A stretch of DNA of 64,000 nt, from assembly GCF_018350175.1 (NCBI RefSeq), contig NC_058368.1, forward strand, positions 158,164,001 through 158,228,000. Direction: 5' to 3'. Within the stretch, counting starts at the first letter, position 1. Every line of letters begins with the position of its first letter. A model generated the notes under the pieces. It was not told the origin of the DNA, made no database searches, and saw nothing but the letters and a program-made list of their open reading frames with translations. The DNA comes from Felis catus (lineage: Eukaryota). Positions 49,959-62,525 of the stretch are shown here, one piece after another. Both the position numbers and the translations under genes were made by a program.

Positions 49959-50937
49959 GTAAATAGGAGCGATCGTGCCTGGGCAGGAACGGGAAGGGAC
50001 TGTGTTTGCTTTGCCTTTCCGGGACTGCGGACGAAGTATTGTTGGGGAAGGGGTGGGGACCAGGTGGGACCTCCTCTCAGGACTTAGGTTAGGCTCCGGG
50101 AGAGGCCGAGACTCACCCTACTGTGGTATGCGCGAGCGCGTCGGGGCGTGCGAATGGATGTGAGCAGTTGCGCGAGGCTCAACTCGGCTCACAAGCTGAA
50201 TGGGACAGGAATTGTTGCTGCAAGAATTTCTCCCCTGGATGCGGATTCCTGGATGAACTCAGCTCTCAAGAGCTTAGATCTAGTGTTTCTAACCTGTAAG
50301 CAAAGCTCAAAACTTAGAGAAACGTTCTTGGACATACATTTTCCAACACAAAGGAGGAGAGGCAGCCAGGATGGGGTCAAGGAGAAAACCCCAAACTCCA
50401 AGAAGCAAAGGCAACGGAGACCAAGGCCCTTGTGGAGAATGAGACAGAGCGATAGGTGTTCTGTACTTTATTCCCAAAAAAAGTACACAAAAGTTGTGTT
50501 GATAGGTGAGAATCGAAATATTTATATCCCATTAATTTATGTGAAAATTTGAAAAATTTAGTACACCTCTCAGCTTGTGGTATTATTAGGAAAAGCAAGG
50601 TTGTAATCAGACACTCTTTAGAGAGAAACCTTATATTGGAATCAGTAAACTGTCACTGATCAGCCAAATGGCCATTCATTGAGCATTTATGTGCCAATGC
50701 ACATCTTTCCACATCTATAAAATAAGGGCTATAATAGGCACCAAATAAGGGTTGGTGAGGACTAATTAGATTCATGGATCAAAGTACCAGACACATTTAC
50801 TTTTAATGGTAGGGAATTACAGTTTCCCTGAAGATATTTCATTGTAAATGTTTCCCATTAAATTTTCTGGGCTCTTAAAATGTAACATCTTATTTATGTG
50901 CTGAAAGCAAAAGTTTATTTTGAGTCATTATTGTCCT

Positions 50938-51051
50938 AAGTTGGATGGTGAGAGGTGGGTGAAATGAGGATAAGGATGAAAGGGGGAAAATGTTCACTCG
51001 AGACCCCTAGAATGGGTGGGGTGGTTTAACTGGACTGCAGGATCCTCTCTT
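50938..51051 (+). repeat. Direct copy of 49535-49648
   Basis: Ungapped manual alignment, 106/114 identical. Confidence 0.95.
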
Positions 51052-51339
51052 CCCTCACGGTCCTAAGGTTCTTACCAAAATGCACGTGTATTATCTGCAA
51101 ATATGGATGGCAGTATTCCAGAGTTAACATCAGACTTTTCTTTCCAAATTAATGGTTCTCTAAAAGAAATTATACTGGAATATTTGACATAGTTTAAGTC
51201 AGTACTTTTAACCCTGTTATGTTTAGACATAGTCTGACATTTTGCTAAAATCTCTTATAATCCAATTTTGGAACTACTTTAAATTTTTTTTTGTCTCTTA
51301 GAATAAGCAAACTGTTATCAGCTTTGATTCTTACCAAAC

Positions 51340-51655
51340 CAGTGTGCCATCTAATAGAAATGTTGTGTGAGCCACATATGTAATTTAAAAATTTCCAAGT
51401 AACTACATTAGCAAAAGCAAAAACAGGTGAAATTAATGCTAATAATATACTTTATTTAACCCACTGTGTTGCAAACATTATTTCAGCATATAATCAATGT
51501 ACAAATCATTGAGATATTTTAGATCTTTTTTATATTAATTCTTCAAAATCTAGGGTGCATTTTATACTTACAGCACATCTCAGTTCATACTTGCTACTTT
51601 TTCAGGTACTCAATAGGCATGAGTGGCTAAGGGCTACCGTATTGGACTATATAGC
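51340..51655. mobile_element. MER33-like hAT-Charlie transposon
   Basis: tctaatagaaat...gagccacatatgtaatttaaaa...aaacaggtgaaattaat...gtggctaagggctaccgtattggac. Confidence 0.85.
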
Positions 51656-51819
51656 TGTACACATGGCTTCCTAACCAATTTTGTCTGATGGTTACAAAGG
51701 GAGTGATCAGAGACCATTTTGAGAATTAAAGAAAGCTATAGACCATTTTCCCTCAGCAAAATACACAAATACACAAAAGCTTACCATAAATCCTCTAAAG
51801 GTCCACAGAGCCAATTTAT

Positions 51820-52097
51820 AATGTATATATATATTTCACATATATACAATAAAAATTATAATATATAATAATATAATATGTAACATAATAATATAGTATT
51901 ACATACTATATAATATAATATGTTATATTATATAGTGTTACATACTATATAATATAATATGTTATATTATATTATACTATTATAATTATATAATAATTAT
52001 ATATTATATAACTATATATTTTATATGATAGTATATATGTACTTTTATCAGGTATGTCATATATGTGTGTGTGTGTGTGTATATATGTATATATATC
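51820..52097. repeat. AT-rich low-complexity tract with ~39-bp tandem unit and (TG)n
   Basis: tatagt[a/g]ttacatactatataatataatatgttatatta occurs twice. Confidence 0.92.
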
Positions 52098-52189
52098 ATG
52101 CTCCTGGTAAATCCTATAATATCTATAAATATCCTATAAATAATATCTTTACTAGAATCCTTTAAATACTCAAAAGATTGTGAGTGACC

Positions 52190-52398
52190 TTTTTTTTTTT
52201 TAATTTTAGAGACAGAGTGAAAGTGGGGAAGAGGGCAGAGGGAGAGAGAGACAGAAAGACAGAGAGAGGGACTATCTTAAGCAGGCTCCACACTCAGCAA
52301 GGAGCCTGATGCATGGCTTGATCCCACGACCCTGGATCATGACCTGAACTGAAATCAGGAGTCAGATGCTCAACTGACTGAGCCATCCAAGCACCCCA
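52190..52398 (-). mobile_element. Can-SINE
   Basis: Reverse-complement canonical SINE. Confidence 0.92.
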
Positions 52399-53255
52399 TG
52401 AATGAACTAACTTTAAAAATTTAGGCAGAATAAGATAAAATAATTAAAAGATGTATCTATGATGTTTGTTTAAGGAAGTATCACCTTTAAGCTAGTCAGT
52501 GACACATTACAATGTATATTTCCACACCAAATACCAACAAAATCATTGATCTTATTTTCTGAAGAATTATTTGGTTGTAATAAAAAAACAAAAACAATAA
52601 CAACAAAAAAACTTTAAAAAGCTAGAGCTGAAGAATATCTGATGAGCATCATAATGATGAAGCATGGAGAATAAATTTGGTTGACACTAATTACATTCTG
52701 TGTCATAAGTTGACTCAATTTGGCCATGCTAATTAAAGGTGTTTCTTAGTCTAATTAGACCCATGAGCCCAGTGGAAGGAAGCATGATCAAGGAGCCCAG
52801 TCATTTGGGAGGCCCCATCATTGTGGCCAGTCTGGGAACACTGTCACAAGCCTTCTATGGCAGGACAGACCACATAACTGCAATAACTTTTAGGTGTAAG
52901 GAATGCAAATTACAGAGTCTGCAAAAAGTCCACAGGCTTTAGAGTATTGGGGAGAATGGAGATCAGACACAACTTTGCTCTTTTGGTTGACAGTTTCTAA
53001 ATTGGTTTGCTTCCCATTGCAGATAGGACTTTTAAATTAGGACTAACATCTGATGATATTGTTCTTTAATCAGTTTTGGCACTTCCCAGAAAGTTAATTA
53101 TATCCCCCAAGTGCTTTTTAAAGAATGGTACTATGGCTTGTTGAGGGTGGAAATGTGGGTGGCCATTTGAGATTCTAAGGTGAATAGGTAGGCATTTAGT
53201 TCTGAGTAGGTTGTCTGGTGTAATACAAGACTTCTCAGAGCAGCCCATCCTTACT

Positions 53256-53501
53256 CTTTTTTTTTTAAGTTTATTTATTTATTTTGAGAGAGAGAGAGAG
53301 TGTGTGTGTGTGTGTGTGTGTGTGCATATGTGTGTGTGCATGAGTGGGGGAGGAGCAGAAAGAGAGAGAGAGAATCACAAGCAAGCTCTGTGCTGTCAGT
53401 GCAGAGACCAACCCAGGGCTTGATCTCATGAACCATGAGATCATGACCTGAACCAAAATCAAGAGTCGGACACTTAACTGGCTGAGCCACTCAGGTACCC
53501 C
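53256..53501 (-). mobile_element. Can-SINE with (GA)n(GT)n
   Basis: Canonical; TSD agcccatc[c/t]tta[c/t]tct. Confidence 0.93.
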
Positions 53502-53559
53502 AAGCCCATCTTTATTCTATTCTTTTTCTTGAGGTTTATTTTCTTTGTGAGTGTTTTTA

Positions 53560-53849
53560 ATTTTTTTGAAGGTGAAACATACACAGCATAAAATTTACCA
53601 TCTTAACCATTTGTAAGTGTAAAGTTAAGTGGAATTAAGTGCATTCATGTTTTTTAAGGTTTTATTTATTTAACTAATCTCTGTGTCCAACATGGCATTC
53701 AAACTCTGAGATGTAAGGTAGCATGCTCCCCCAAATGAGCCAGCCAGGCATCCCATGTACACTTATATTCTTGTGCAACCATCATCACCAGAACTCTTTT
53801 TATCTTGAAAAAGGAAAACTCTAGCACCATTAAAAATAAATCCCCATTC
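53560..53849 (-). mobile_element. L1MB-like 3' end containing a short antisense SINE (~53650-53755)
   Basis: cataaaatttaccatcttaaccattt...ttgtgcaaccatcatcacc. Confidence 0.75.
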
Positions 53850-54060
53850 TGGGTGCCTAGGTGGCTCATTTGGTTAAGCGTTGGCTCTTGATTTGGGCTC
53901 AGGTCATGATCTCACAGTTGGTTAGTTCAAGCCCCGTGTCAGACTCTGTGCTGACAACATGGAGCCTGCTTGGAATTCTCTCTCTTCCTCTTTCTCTGCC
54001 CCTCCCCAGCTTGTGTGCTCTCTCTATCAAAATAAATAAATAAACTTTAAAAAAGTAAGT
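53850..54060 (+). mobile_element. Can-SINE
   Basis: Canonical; TSD aaataaatccccattc. Confidence 0.94.
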
Positions 54061-54827
54061 AAATAAATAAATCCCCATTCAACTTAAGTATGTCCACTTG
54101 AATATGTAGCATTGTATGTATTCAGTTCAATTCTCTTGCATTTCTTGTAGATAAAAATTACAAGTGCATCCTAATGACTACTACACAAGCAACAAAGTAA
54201 CTATTGAAATTTTCATGACATCTTCTTTGATTTAGAGAAAATTCAAAATTCATTCTACCTCTGAAAACCCGACAGAAAGAGCTGTGGCCATAACAGTGTC
54301 ATCTTGGCATATGCATGATAATGTTAAAATGGTAGGGGAAAGCATACATGGAGTTTAAGTGAAACATTGAGAGTTCAGAATTCTAGCCATACTTAATATG
54401 TGTCCTTAATATGTGTTTTTTATATGATAATCCCAAAGAAGATTAAGCTAATAGCACATGTTTTTAGAGGAGCAGGAATATATGTATGAAAAGCCAGACA
54501 TTTTACTTACTTATATTTCTTAAGTAATTATTCTCCCTATAGCACTTAGCACATGGTGGCTACTCACTGATTCTTTTTCAATAAATAAACTCTATTACTC
54601 TTTGAGTTTGGAGTTTTCAGTATGAAAACCCAGTGAAATGCCTTTGGGTGACTCTAGGGAGATACATGTGCTTTAGATAAGAGGATTCTAACTTCTTCAA
54701 AACTTTTTATCACGTAAGAGAAGATAATATAATCAACTGTTTATATACCCCTTCATCTTCAGTAATTATCAAAATTGTAATATTGAGCTGCTCTTCCTTT
54801 ATTTAGCTCCCAGCCCCACCAGCACAC

Positions 54828-54830
<3 letters not shown>

Positions 54831-54876
<46 letters not shown>
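54831..54876. repeat. (CA)n microsatellite in CAST intron 1
   Basis: Direct reading. Confidence 0.98.
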
Positions 54877-54878
<2 letters not shown>

Positions 54879-56462
54879 CTTCCTTCCAAACTATTTTAAA
54901 ACATGGGGAATTGCACATTTAAGTATCATGCCTGTGACTGACTTGGTGTAGATTATTTGGAAAATGAATTCTCTATTCCCTGTGTACTTTGTTTCCATAG
55001 ATATAATATAGAAATGTGAGATTAATATACAACCATAAGAGACAAAATACTAAATATAAATATATCAGATGAACCTGGTTACTTTATACTTATGAAAAAT
55101 AGAAGACTAAATTCTCTGCTCTAACATTTACAGCCTTAGAAAATGAAACCTTTAAACCTTTGCTTATGTCTCTTATTCATTTTACTATTTCATAATTCAG
55201 TACAATCAGGTTGTTGACAGAGAAAAACAAGGGAGTGGAATAACTGTTACTGTATTCTAAAAGGAACTAGGCAATGGGCCAGGCTCCTCATTAACATCAA
55301 CTTGTTTGAGAAATATGTCAGCCCGTGGGCCAAGTACTATTAGCTTCATTTTATAAGTAGAAAACAAAAAGGTTAAATTATTTTGCCCAGGATCACAGAG
55401 ACTTTCACATTCACACTTCTTCTGTCCCATCAGAGTTTGTCAGAGAATGGAATGCAGGGAACTGGTTACCCAGGTAACAGAAGAGTCTGGGAAGCCAACT
55501 GGGGAGGGTGAAGCCACCCGGAGATTAGAAATTTCAGGAAGCTGCTATCATTTCTAGGCAGGGCGGACTGGGGGGGAGCTGGATTGCCCTGGGCAAACTG
55601 GAACCGCAGCTGGCTGATTCTGCAGGAAACACTACTACAGAGGCTCCCAGAGGCAGAAAGGAGGAGGAAATACCATTTACCACCTCCAGTCTCCTACCCC
55701 TGCCTCCCAAGCCTGAGGCCTTTCATCCCAAATATCCCTGGTAGAGGTAGCAGGGAGAGCAGGAGCAGGGGGAGCAAGGAATTCTGGGCAAGGAATTCAC
55801 CTAAGGGCAAACAAGTCTAGCATTGCTCCAGGGAGATGGTTTTAAAGCAAAACCAGCTTTACATCTTGGTCCTTCTGCTTGTTTTAGCAAGCAGAACACA
55901 TACAAGAATGGATTTTAAGGGATTTTGCAAGAAATATCAATTTATACATTGTTAATTTTTCAAGCTATTTGGGGGTGGGGTGGGGCTTCTTTCTCTTTTG
56001 TCTAGTTTATTAACCTGAACAGAGCAAAAGTACTTCTCAGGGAATATTTAGAGCTCTGTGGAAATACATTCATTCAATCAAGAATTATTTGTCACACCCC
56101 TACCACAGGACCAGAAAAATAAGAATATAGTTTACCATCTGGTTGGGAAGGCAAAATAGACATTTATGAAGGAATCAGTAAGCAAGAGAGTATCAAATAA
56201 GGGGCTAATTTGTTTTACTAAGAAAATAGAGACTAATGTGCAGATACGAAGGTACAATGTACCATAAATAGGGCAAGGCTCAGAATTAGGAAGGCTGGTG
56301 TGAACACAGGGCACTGCGCTCCTTCGTTGACCAATCAGAGCCCCAGAGCTGCTCCAACCTTCGTGACCAGGGGAAGCTCCCCATGGGTGCCAACTCAGTG
56401 GGGTGATTTGAAGAGCAGACCGTCTGCTTCCTGTCATGGTGTCCACAAATCTCCTCTCAAAA

Positions 56463-56630
56463 CCAGTGGTCTCGAATCCTAGCTGCATATTCAGATCAGC
56501 TAGGAAATTTTAGAGAAATATATCTGTGCTCTGGCCCCACTATAGACAAATTAATTTCCTGCACTCTGGCATGAATGTTTCCAAGTGCCCCAGGTGCTTG
56601 TGACCCACACTGAAGGATGAGACCCACTAC
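56463..56630. mobile_element. MER5A-like DNA transposon remnant
   Basis: cagtggtctcgaatcctagctgcatattcagatcagct...ccccaggtg...tgagacccacta. Confidence 0.6.
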
Positions 56631-58354
56631 TAAATGAAGGCTTTCTGATCCTCTGAAGGGCCTGAAAACAAGCTTTTCTTACCATATGCAATGGTAGTGC
56701 AGTGAGAGAGCTGAGCTCTGAGTAGGAGGGAAGTCCAGAGGGCATCAAGATAACCTCTTATTGCTTCATGATTTGTCTACAGCTATCACTGGACCTGCAA
56801 ATATTGATCTGTATGGCCTTGCCTCCAAGTAGAAAAAGACAAACTTTCCAGTTGTTTTCAAATAACCTTTACTGTTTTTTAAAACAATTTTATTCAGGTA
56901 TAATTCACAAACCATAAATTCATCCGTTAAAACCTACAACTCAGTATTTTTAAGTATATTCACAGAGTGGTACAAGAATCACTTCAATTTAATTTTAGAA
57001 TGTTTTTGTCGCCCTAAAAGAAAACTTTGTCTTTTTTTGTTTTGTTTTTGTTTTTGTTTTTTAAATTAAAGCAAAAACATTTCAGAAGCACACTAGCATT
57101 GGGCACTCTCACCTGGGTTTGCATTTGCAGAAGCTCCAATTTTTTTCTATCTTCTTTCTTTCTTTATGTATAAGCTTGCCCTTATTTTCTTCTCCATTAT
57201 GTGTGCCCTTGACTGTGTGTCTGTCAGAGTGTATGTGGGCAGCATAGGGAGGGTGCCCAGATGCTCACTAGCACACATCCTCACTGGGGTGAGCCCACAG
57301 GCTGCCAGCCTTACTGCTCCTGGATCTTGTTGATTTCCGGACAGGTTTTTGGCTTTGCTATGGCTGAAGATTTTAAGCCTATAAATGCTGTACCCTCCAA
57401 TGAGGACAGAGGACCTCTGTACTTGCCAAATACGCAGTGATCCATGGGGGTGAAAACAGTTTGGAAAATTATTCCTTTTGGGGGGAAGACAGTGAAGTCC
57501 CTTATCTGCTTTCTCCCTGCTTCTCAACTCCTGCTGCACATACCACCTCTTTCGTCCTAACTCCCTGAGTGTCCTATCTTCTGCAGCTTTGTTCTCCCAG
57601 TGGATTTCTACTGCATGAGAGTTGGCATCCTGCTCTTCCTGTCTTTGGCCTCCAGCTCCTAATACAGGACTGAATTTACATACTGGCCTGTTTGATCCAT
57701 TTTACAAAGCAAACCACTTTCAGGATAGGGAAGTTCTGTTTTGGTTTGTTGTTTTCATTTCAGAGCATTGGACTGAGACTTTCTTGATGTGGATCTTAAG
57801 ATCTCACCTAGCTTTTCGCTAGATCCAGCGAAGCCCATCTCTGGGCGATAGACTATAATCTGGATATGTGATATGATGAAGGAGGACTTCACCTTTCAGA
57901 TCCTCTATTTCTTTATCCATAAAATGAGGTGACTGTGTATACCTCTGGAGTTGCTGAGGGGAGTGCAGGGGATCGCTTAGGGGAAATGGCTAGCAATGGG
58001 CTAGCCACAGAGTAAGTAGGTGCTTAGAACATGTTCTTTTCCTTCCCCTCATATAGAAAAGTCCTCCCTGGATTTATCAGTTTTGTGGTTCAGTTCTCAT
58101 TCCAGACCTGTCAGTACTTCCCTTCTCCATCCTTCTCTCACCTCTCCCCACCCCACCCACTGCGTGAGGTAGTGGACAAAACCTTCTGTCTTCCCTCTTA
58201 GAAAGACCTTGCTGCAGGTAGGTTCCTATGCTGGATTGAATCTGACATATTTCATTCTACCAGCTCAGTTGTGTAGGAAGTGCTCAGTTATGCCATGGAT
58301 TAAATAATGAGGCACTTTGTGTGTTAACTATGGTCATGTTAAAAAAAAAAATCA

Positions 58355-58550
58355 GGGGCACCTGGGTGGCTCAGTCTGTTGAGTGTCCAAATCTTCAGGC
58401 TTAGGCCATGATCCCAGGGTCTTGGGATCCGCCCCTGTATTGGGTCTTCATTGAACATGCAAACTGCTTGAGATTTTCTCTCTCTCTTCCTCTCTTTGCG
58501 CCACTTTTGCTTTCCTCTCTAAAATTAAAAAAAAAATAAAATAAACATAA
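58355..58550 (+). mobile_element. Can-SINE (diverged)
   Basis: Canonical head; TSD aaaaaatcagg. Confidence 0.88.
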
Positions 58551-58995
58551 AAAATCAGGCACTTTGAATATCTCACAGTGCAAAGATATAACTGATTTTA
58601 CATCATTAATAGACTGATGAATATTCAATAAGCCCCAAGGAATGATCAGAGAAATGGTTCATTCATAAGGTTGGTATTTACTAGAAATTAAATGATGTTA
58701 GGTAATTTTTGTTAATTCTCTTGGAGTAACAATGATATTGGAGTTACTTGGGGAAAATTCTTCAGTTTAAAGAGATGCTTAGTGAAATGCTTACGGATAA
58801 AGTTTCAGGATATCCGCAATTTACTCTCAAATACAGGTACATATACAAATCCAGGTAGATAGATCTGTTTGTAATATATGCAAATATTGCAAAATATAGG
58901 AACAATGTTAATCATCATAGATCTAGTAGTAAGAATATTGGCACTCATTGTATTATTCTTTTAACTTTTCTTTGTGTTAGAAAAAATTTACAATA

Positions 58996-59215
58996 GGGGT
59001 GCCTGGGTGGCTCAGTCCATTAAGCATCCGTCTCTCAGTTTTGGCTAGTGTCATGATCTCCCAGTTTCGTGGGTTCAAGCCCCCATGTCATGCTTTATGC
59101 TGACAGCATGGAGCCTGCTTGGGATTCTTTCTCTCCTTCTCTCTCTTCGCCCCTCCACACTGATGTTGTCTCTGTCTTTTCAAAATAAATAAATCAACTT
59201 AAAAAAAAGAAAAAA
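58996..59215 (+). mobile_element. Can-SINE
   Basis: Canonical. Confidence 0.92.
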
Positions 59216-59301
59216 TATATACTAAAAAGTGGGGTTAAAAAGAAAACAAAGAAACTGGGAAAATATAATCCATAAAGTTCCTTAAAAATATTGCCATTTG
59301 A

Positions 59302-59519
59302 GGGGCGCCTGGGTGGCGCAGTCGGTTAAGCGTCCGACTTCAGCCAGGTCACGATCTCGCGGTCCGTGAGTTCGAGCCCCGCGTCGGGCTCTGGGCTGAT
59401 GGCTCAGAGCCTGGAGCCTGTTTCTGTATCTGTGTCTCCCTCTCTCTCTGCCCCTCCCCCGTTCATGCTGTGTCTCTCTCTCTGTCCCAAAAATAAATAA
59501 ATGTTAAAAAAAAAAAAAT
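59302..59519 (+). mobile_element. Young SINEC_Fc (felid subfamily)
   Basis: CpG-rich near-consensus ggggcgcctgggtggcgcagtcggttaagcgtccgacttcagccaggtcacg; perfect TSD atattgccatttga 59288-59301 / 59520-59533. Confidence 0.97.
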
Positions 59520-59869
59520 ATATTGCCATTTGATTGTGTTTTTTATGTCAGTATACTTCTGTGTATTGTAAAAAAAAAAAAAAAAAAGGCTTCCTACTGA
59601 CAGCAAATACTTCTTTTGAAGTCATGAAATACCAGTTCTTATAGAACATAATTTTTGTAAGTTGTCCTTATAACTGAGCATTTGAAAAAGTATTCATAAC
59701 ATATGCCACTCCCAAACTATTTGGAACCTACATAATTTGTGGAATTTTGAGTGTTTAAATGGAAACAAGTGACTGATAGTGTTGATTAATCCAGAAGAAT
59801 GAAATTTTCAAACACCCCCAGAAAATGACTTTTTAAAACTTTTTCTTATATTTATTTATTTGCATTCCT

Positions 59870-59979
59870 TTTTTGTTTGTTTGTTTTTTGTTTTTTTTAA
59901 AGTAATTTCTATGCCCAATGAACTCATAACCCTGAGATCAAGACTCACATGCTCTATGGACTGAGCCAGCCAGGGGCCC
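59870..59979 (-). mobile_element. Short tRNA-type Can-SINE
   Basis: aagtaatttctatgcccaa...actgagccagccaggggccc. Confidence 0.8.
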
Positions 59980-60636
59980 TCTAAAAAAAAATTTAAGGAA
60001 AAACATCTATATACCTAAAATTTAGAGACAAAGGGCTATCTGAACATTTACTGTAGGGTAACGTATCATAATATATATTTGCCACATGAGCAGGAAGCAG
60101 AGGGGGTCCTTGAGGAGAGCATGGAGACTTCTACCAGACAAAAGCAACTGACTCTTTAAGTTTTTTTGTTTGTAAAGTAGAATACTAATACCTCTTGAAG
60201 AGTAAATGACGCATGCAGCACGTTCAGTAAAACACTGGATTTACCAATTCTGGAAGGAGACAAATTGGGTAAATCTGTCATTATAGATCTATCCCTCTTA
60301 AATTCTATCTGCAGATGGTGAATGATTCTTCCCTCTAGTCAGGCCTTCAGGAATCTTCTAAAATTTGTCATTTACCATTTAGCATTGATATATATGTGGG
60401 CTTTTAGATGTTTTTTCTCCCAAGATTCATGAACTACTCAATACTGATTGCCCTCAACTGTAGATAGACAAACACTAGACTAGGACATCATGGTGAAACA
60501 GGGCTTCATTCACCAAGCTCTTGCAGGGTGGCTGCTTTTCAGTGGATTCCACCCCCTGATCCATGATGGTTTTACATTTTGGGGAGAATTTTCCACACAA
60601 GAAAGTGATTTACTCCTAGTTTTTCATACAAAAACT

Positions 60637-60843
60637 CTTTTCTTTAATGTTTATTTATTTTTGAGAGAGAGAGAGAGAACAAGTGGGGGAAGGACAAAGA
60701 GAGAGGGAGACACAGACTCCAAAGCAGGCTCCAGGCTCTAAGCTGTCAGCACAGAGCCCAACACAGGGCTTGAAATCACAGACTGTGAGATAGTGACCTG
60801 AACTGATGTTGGGCGCTTAACTGACTGAGCCACCCAGGTGCCC
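60637..60843 (-). mobile_element. Can-SINE
   Basis: Reverse-complement canonical SINE. Confidence 0.93.
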
Positions 60844-61157
60844 TGTGTACAGAGAATACTTAATGCAAGATTTCTGCCATGTGTCTGATATTTCTTGGGC
60901 TTTTTAAAACATTAAAATATATGTTGATATGACTAAAGGAAATATTACCTTATTCTATTTAGCATGGTATAGTGACAAGCAATATATTATAAGTCAGAAA
61001 AGCTGCTTTGCAAACTTTTCCCATTTACTGGTTATGGGTCCTTGTGAAAAGCTCACTGAATTCTTCTTATTCTTAGTTTTTCGTATACCAAAAATCACAT
61101 GAGCTTCTATTTTGTATGAAATAAGAGTGTGTATGAAAGTAGATAATAAAAAATATA

Positions 61158-61372
61158 GGGGCACCTGGGTGGCTCAGTCAGTTAAGCAGCCGACTTTGGC
61201 TCAGGTCATGATCTCGTGGTTCGTGAGTTTGAGCCCCGCGTCGGGCTCTGTGCTGACAGCTCAGAGCCTGGAGCCTGTTTCGGATTCTGTGTCTCCCTCT
61301 CTCTGACCCTCCCCTGTTCATGCTCTGTCTCTCCCTGTCTGAAAAATAAATAAACGTTAAAAAAATTAAAAA
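61158..61372 (+). mobile_element. Can-SINE (relatively young, CpGs retained)
   Basis: Canonical; TSD taaaaa(a)tata. Confidence 0.95.
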
Positions 61373-62462
61373 TATATATATAAATTATTAATTATTATAC
61401 ATAATATAATATAAATTATTAACATTAATATTACTGTTGCTGCCACTCTTCTTCAAATAATTTCATTGACTTACATATTCAGGTTATGATTCTGCTCTAG
61501 GGACTGTCATGGGGTTTTATATTTTGGTTTAACTGAAGGTGGTCAGGATTGAACCCAATGGTAAGCTTTTATTTTCTTATATTTAGTGAGGTTCTTTTCC
61601 CCCACTTTCTTGCATATCCCACAATGTACAAGAAGTGAAACAATTCTTTGTAACCCTTTTCAGGAACATATGTTTGTTTGTTTGTTTTTTTATTTCTCAA
61701 AAAAATTCAATAAATTTTATGGCTTATTTTATCTTATTATCAAAACAAATGAGGCTGTAAGCTACTTGAAAGTTTTATGTAACACATAAAAATTTTTATT
61801 TTCATTCATTTGTTCTGGTGAGAAAAATGAAATTCATTTCATTCATTTCATTCATTTGTCCTGGTGAGAAAAATAATTCTGTGTCTGGACATAATGAAAT
61901 TCCAAAGCCATAATAAATAGAAGTTGCAGGTATGGTCTTTACCCTTCAGGGTTTATCTTCCTGCATTTGTGAGTACTCAGATAGAAAAACTCTGGGTAAT
62001 TCCCAAGAACCATCAGAAGTGATGGTAGATTTGGAAGCTATGGTCGTCCGTCGAGCCCATGCTGAACTGAGGCTTAAGTATGGTTTTAGACTCAACATGG
62101 TCCTTAGACATCACATCTCCATGAGGAACCACATGTCTCCCACACTGGCAATTTGGGCTTTAAAATTAAGTGAGGCATTTTGTAGGAGACGAGACGCCGC
62201 CTTAGAATCACCATCAGATCTATGTCTGGTTAATTATAGACTGACTTTCTACATCCCAAATGAATGTCTGTAGCTTCTCTTGATTTTTGAAAGCCACCCA
62301 TGTCAGTGTGGAATTATCAACATCTTCAGAAGGAAGATTAAAGGGGTCCTTGTTTGTACAGTATACATATTTAGCCCTTCAGGAGTAAAGTCACTATTAC
62401 ATTATCTTGTAACACCTCCTTATTTTAAACATTATCTTTCTTCCTTTTTTATGTTTTTATAG

Positions 62463-62525
62463 CATGCCGGTGAAAAAACCAGTGGATCACCTTCAAAGTC
62501 AGGAGAAAAGAAAGGATCAGATGAG
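62463..62525 (+). CDS. CAST: Calpastatin exon 1y (XL region)
   Basis: Pyrimidine tract + tag| acceptor, 63 nt phase 0-0, HAGEKTSGSPSKSGEKKGSDE, donor GAG|gtaatt; matches recalled human HVSEKTSESPSKPGEKKGSDE. Confidence 0.96.

Larger units (their letters stand above)
48700..50250. promoter_or_regulatory. CAST: CpG island / dual promoter region of calpastatin
   Basis: Abrupt rise in GC and CpG density against a CpG-depleted background; contains both alternative first exons. Confidence 0.93.

Noticed and set aside
48940..50087. Long overlapping ORFs (202, 137, 116 aa) in the CpG island, one reading through MAFASWWYKT
   Set aside because: Stop codons are rare in GC-rich DNA; only the short spliced CAST exons are supported, and nothing indicates a non-AUG extension.
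160..61306. Many 60-120 aa ORFs sharing peptides like AQVMISWFVSSSPTSGSVLTAQSLEPASDSVS
   Set aside because: These are translations of Can-SINE copies and microsatellites, not a gene family.
62464..62525. Open +1 frame from an ATG at the start of exon 1y (MPVKKPVDHLQSQEKRKDQM)
   Set aside because: Only 20 codons are visible, and the calpastatin frame already explains the exon.
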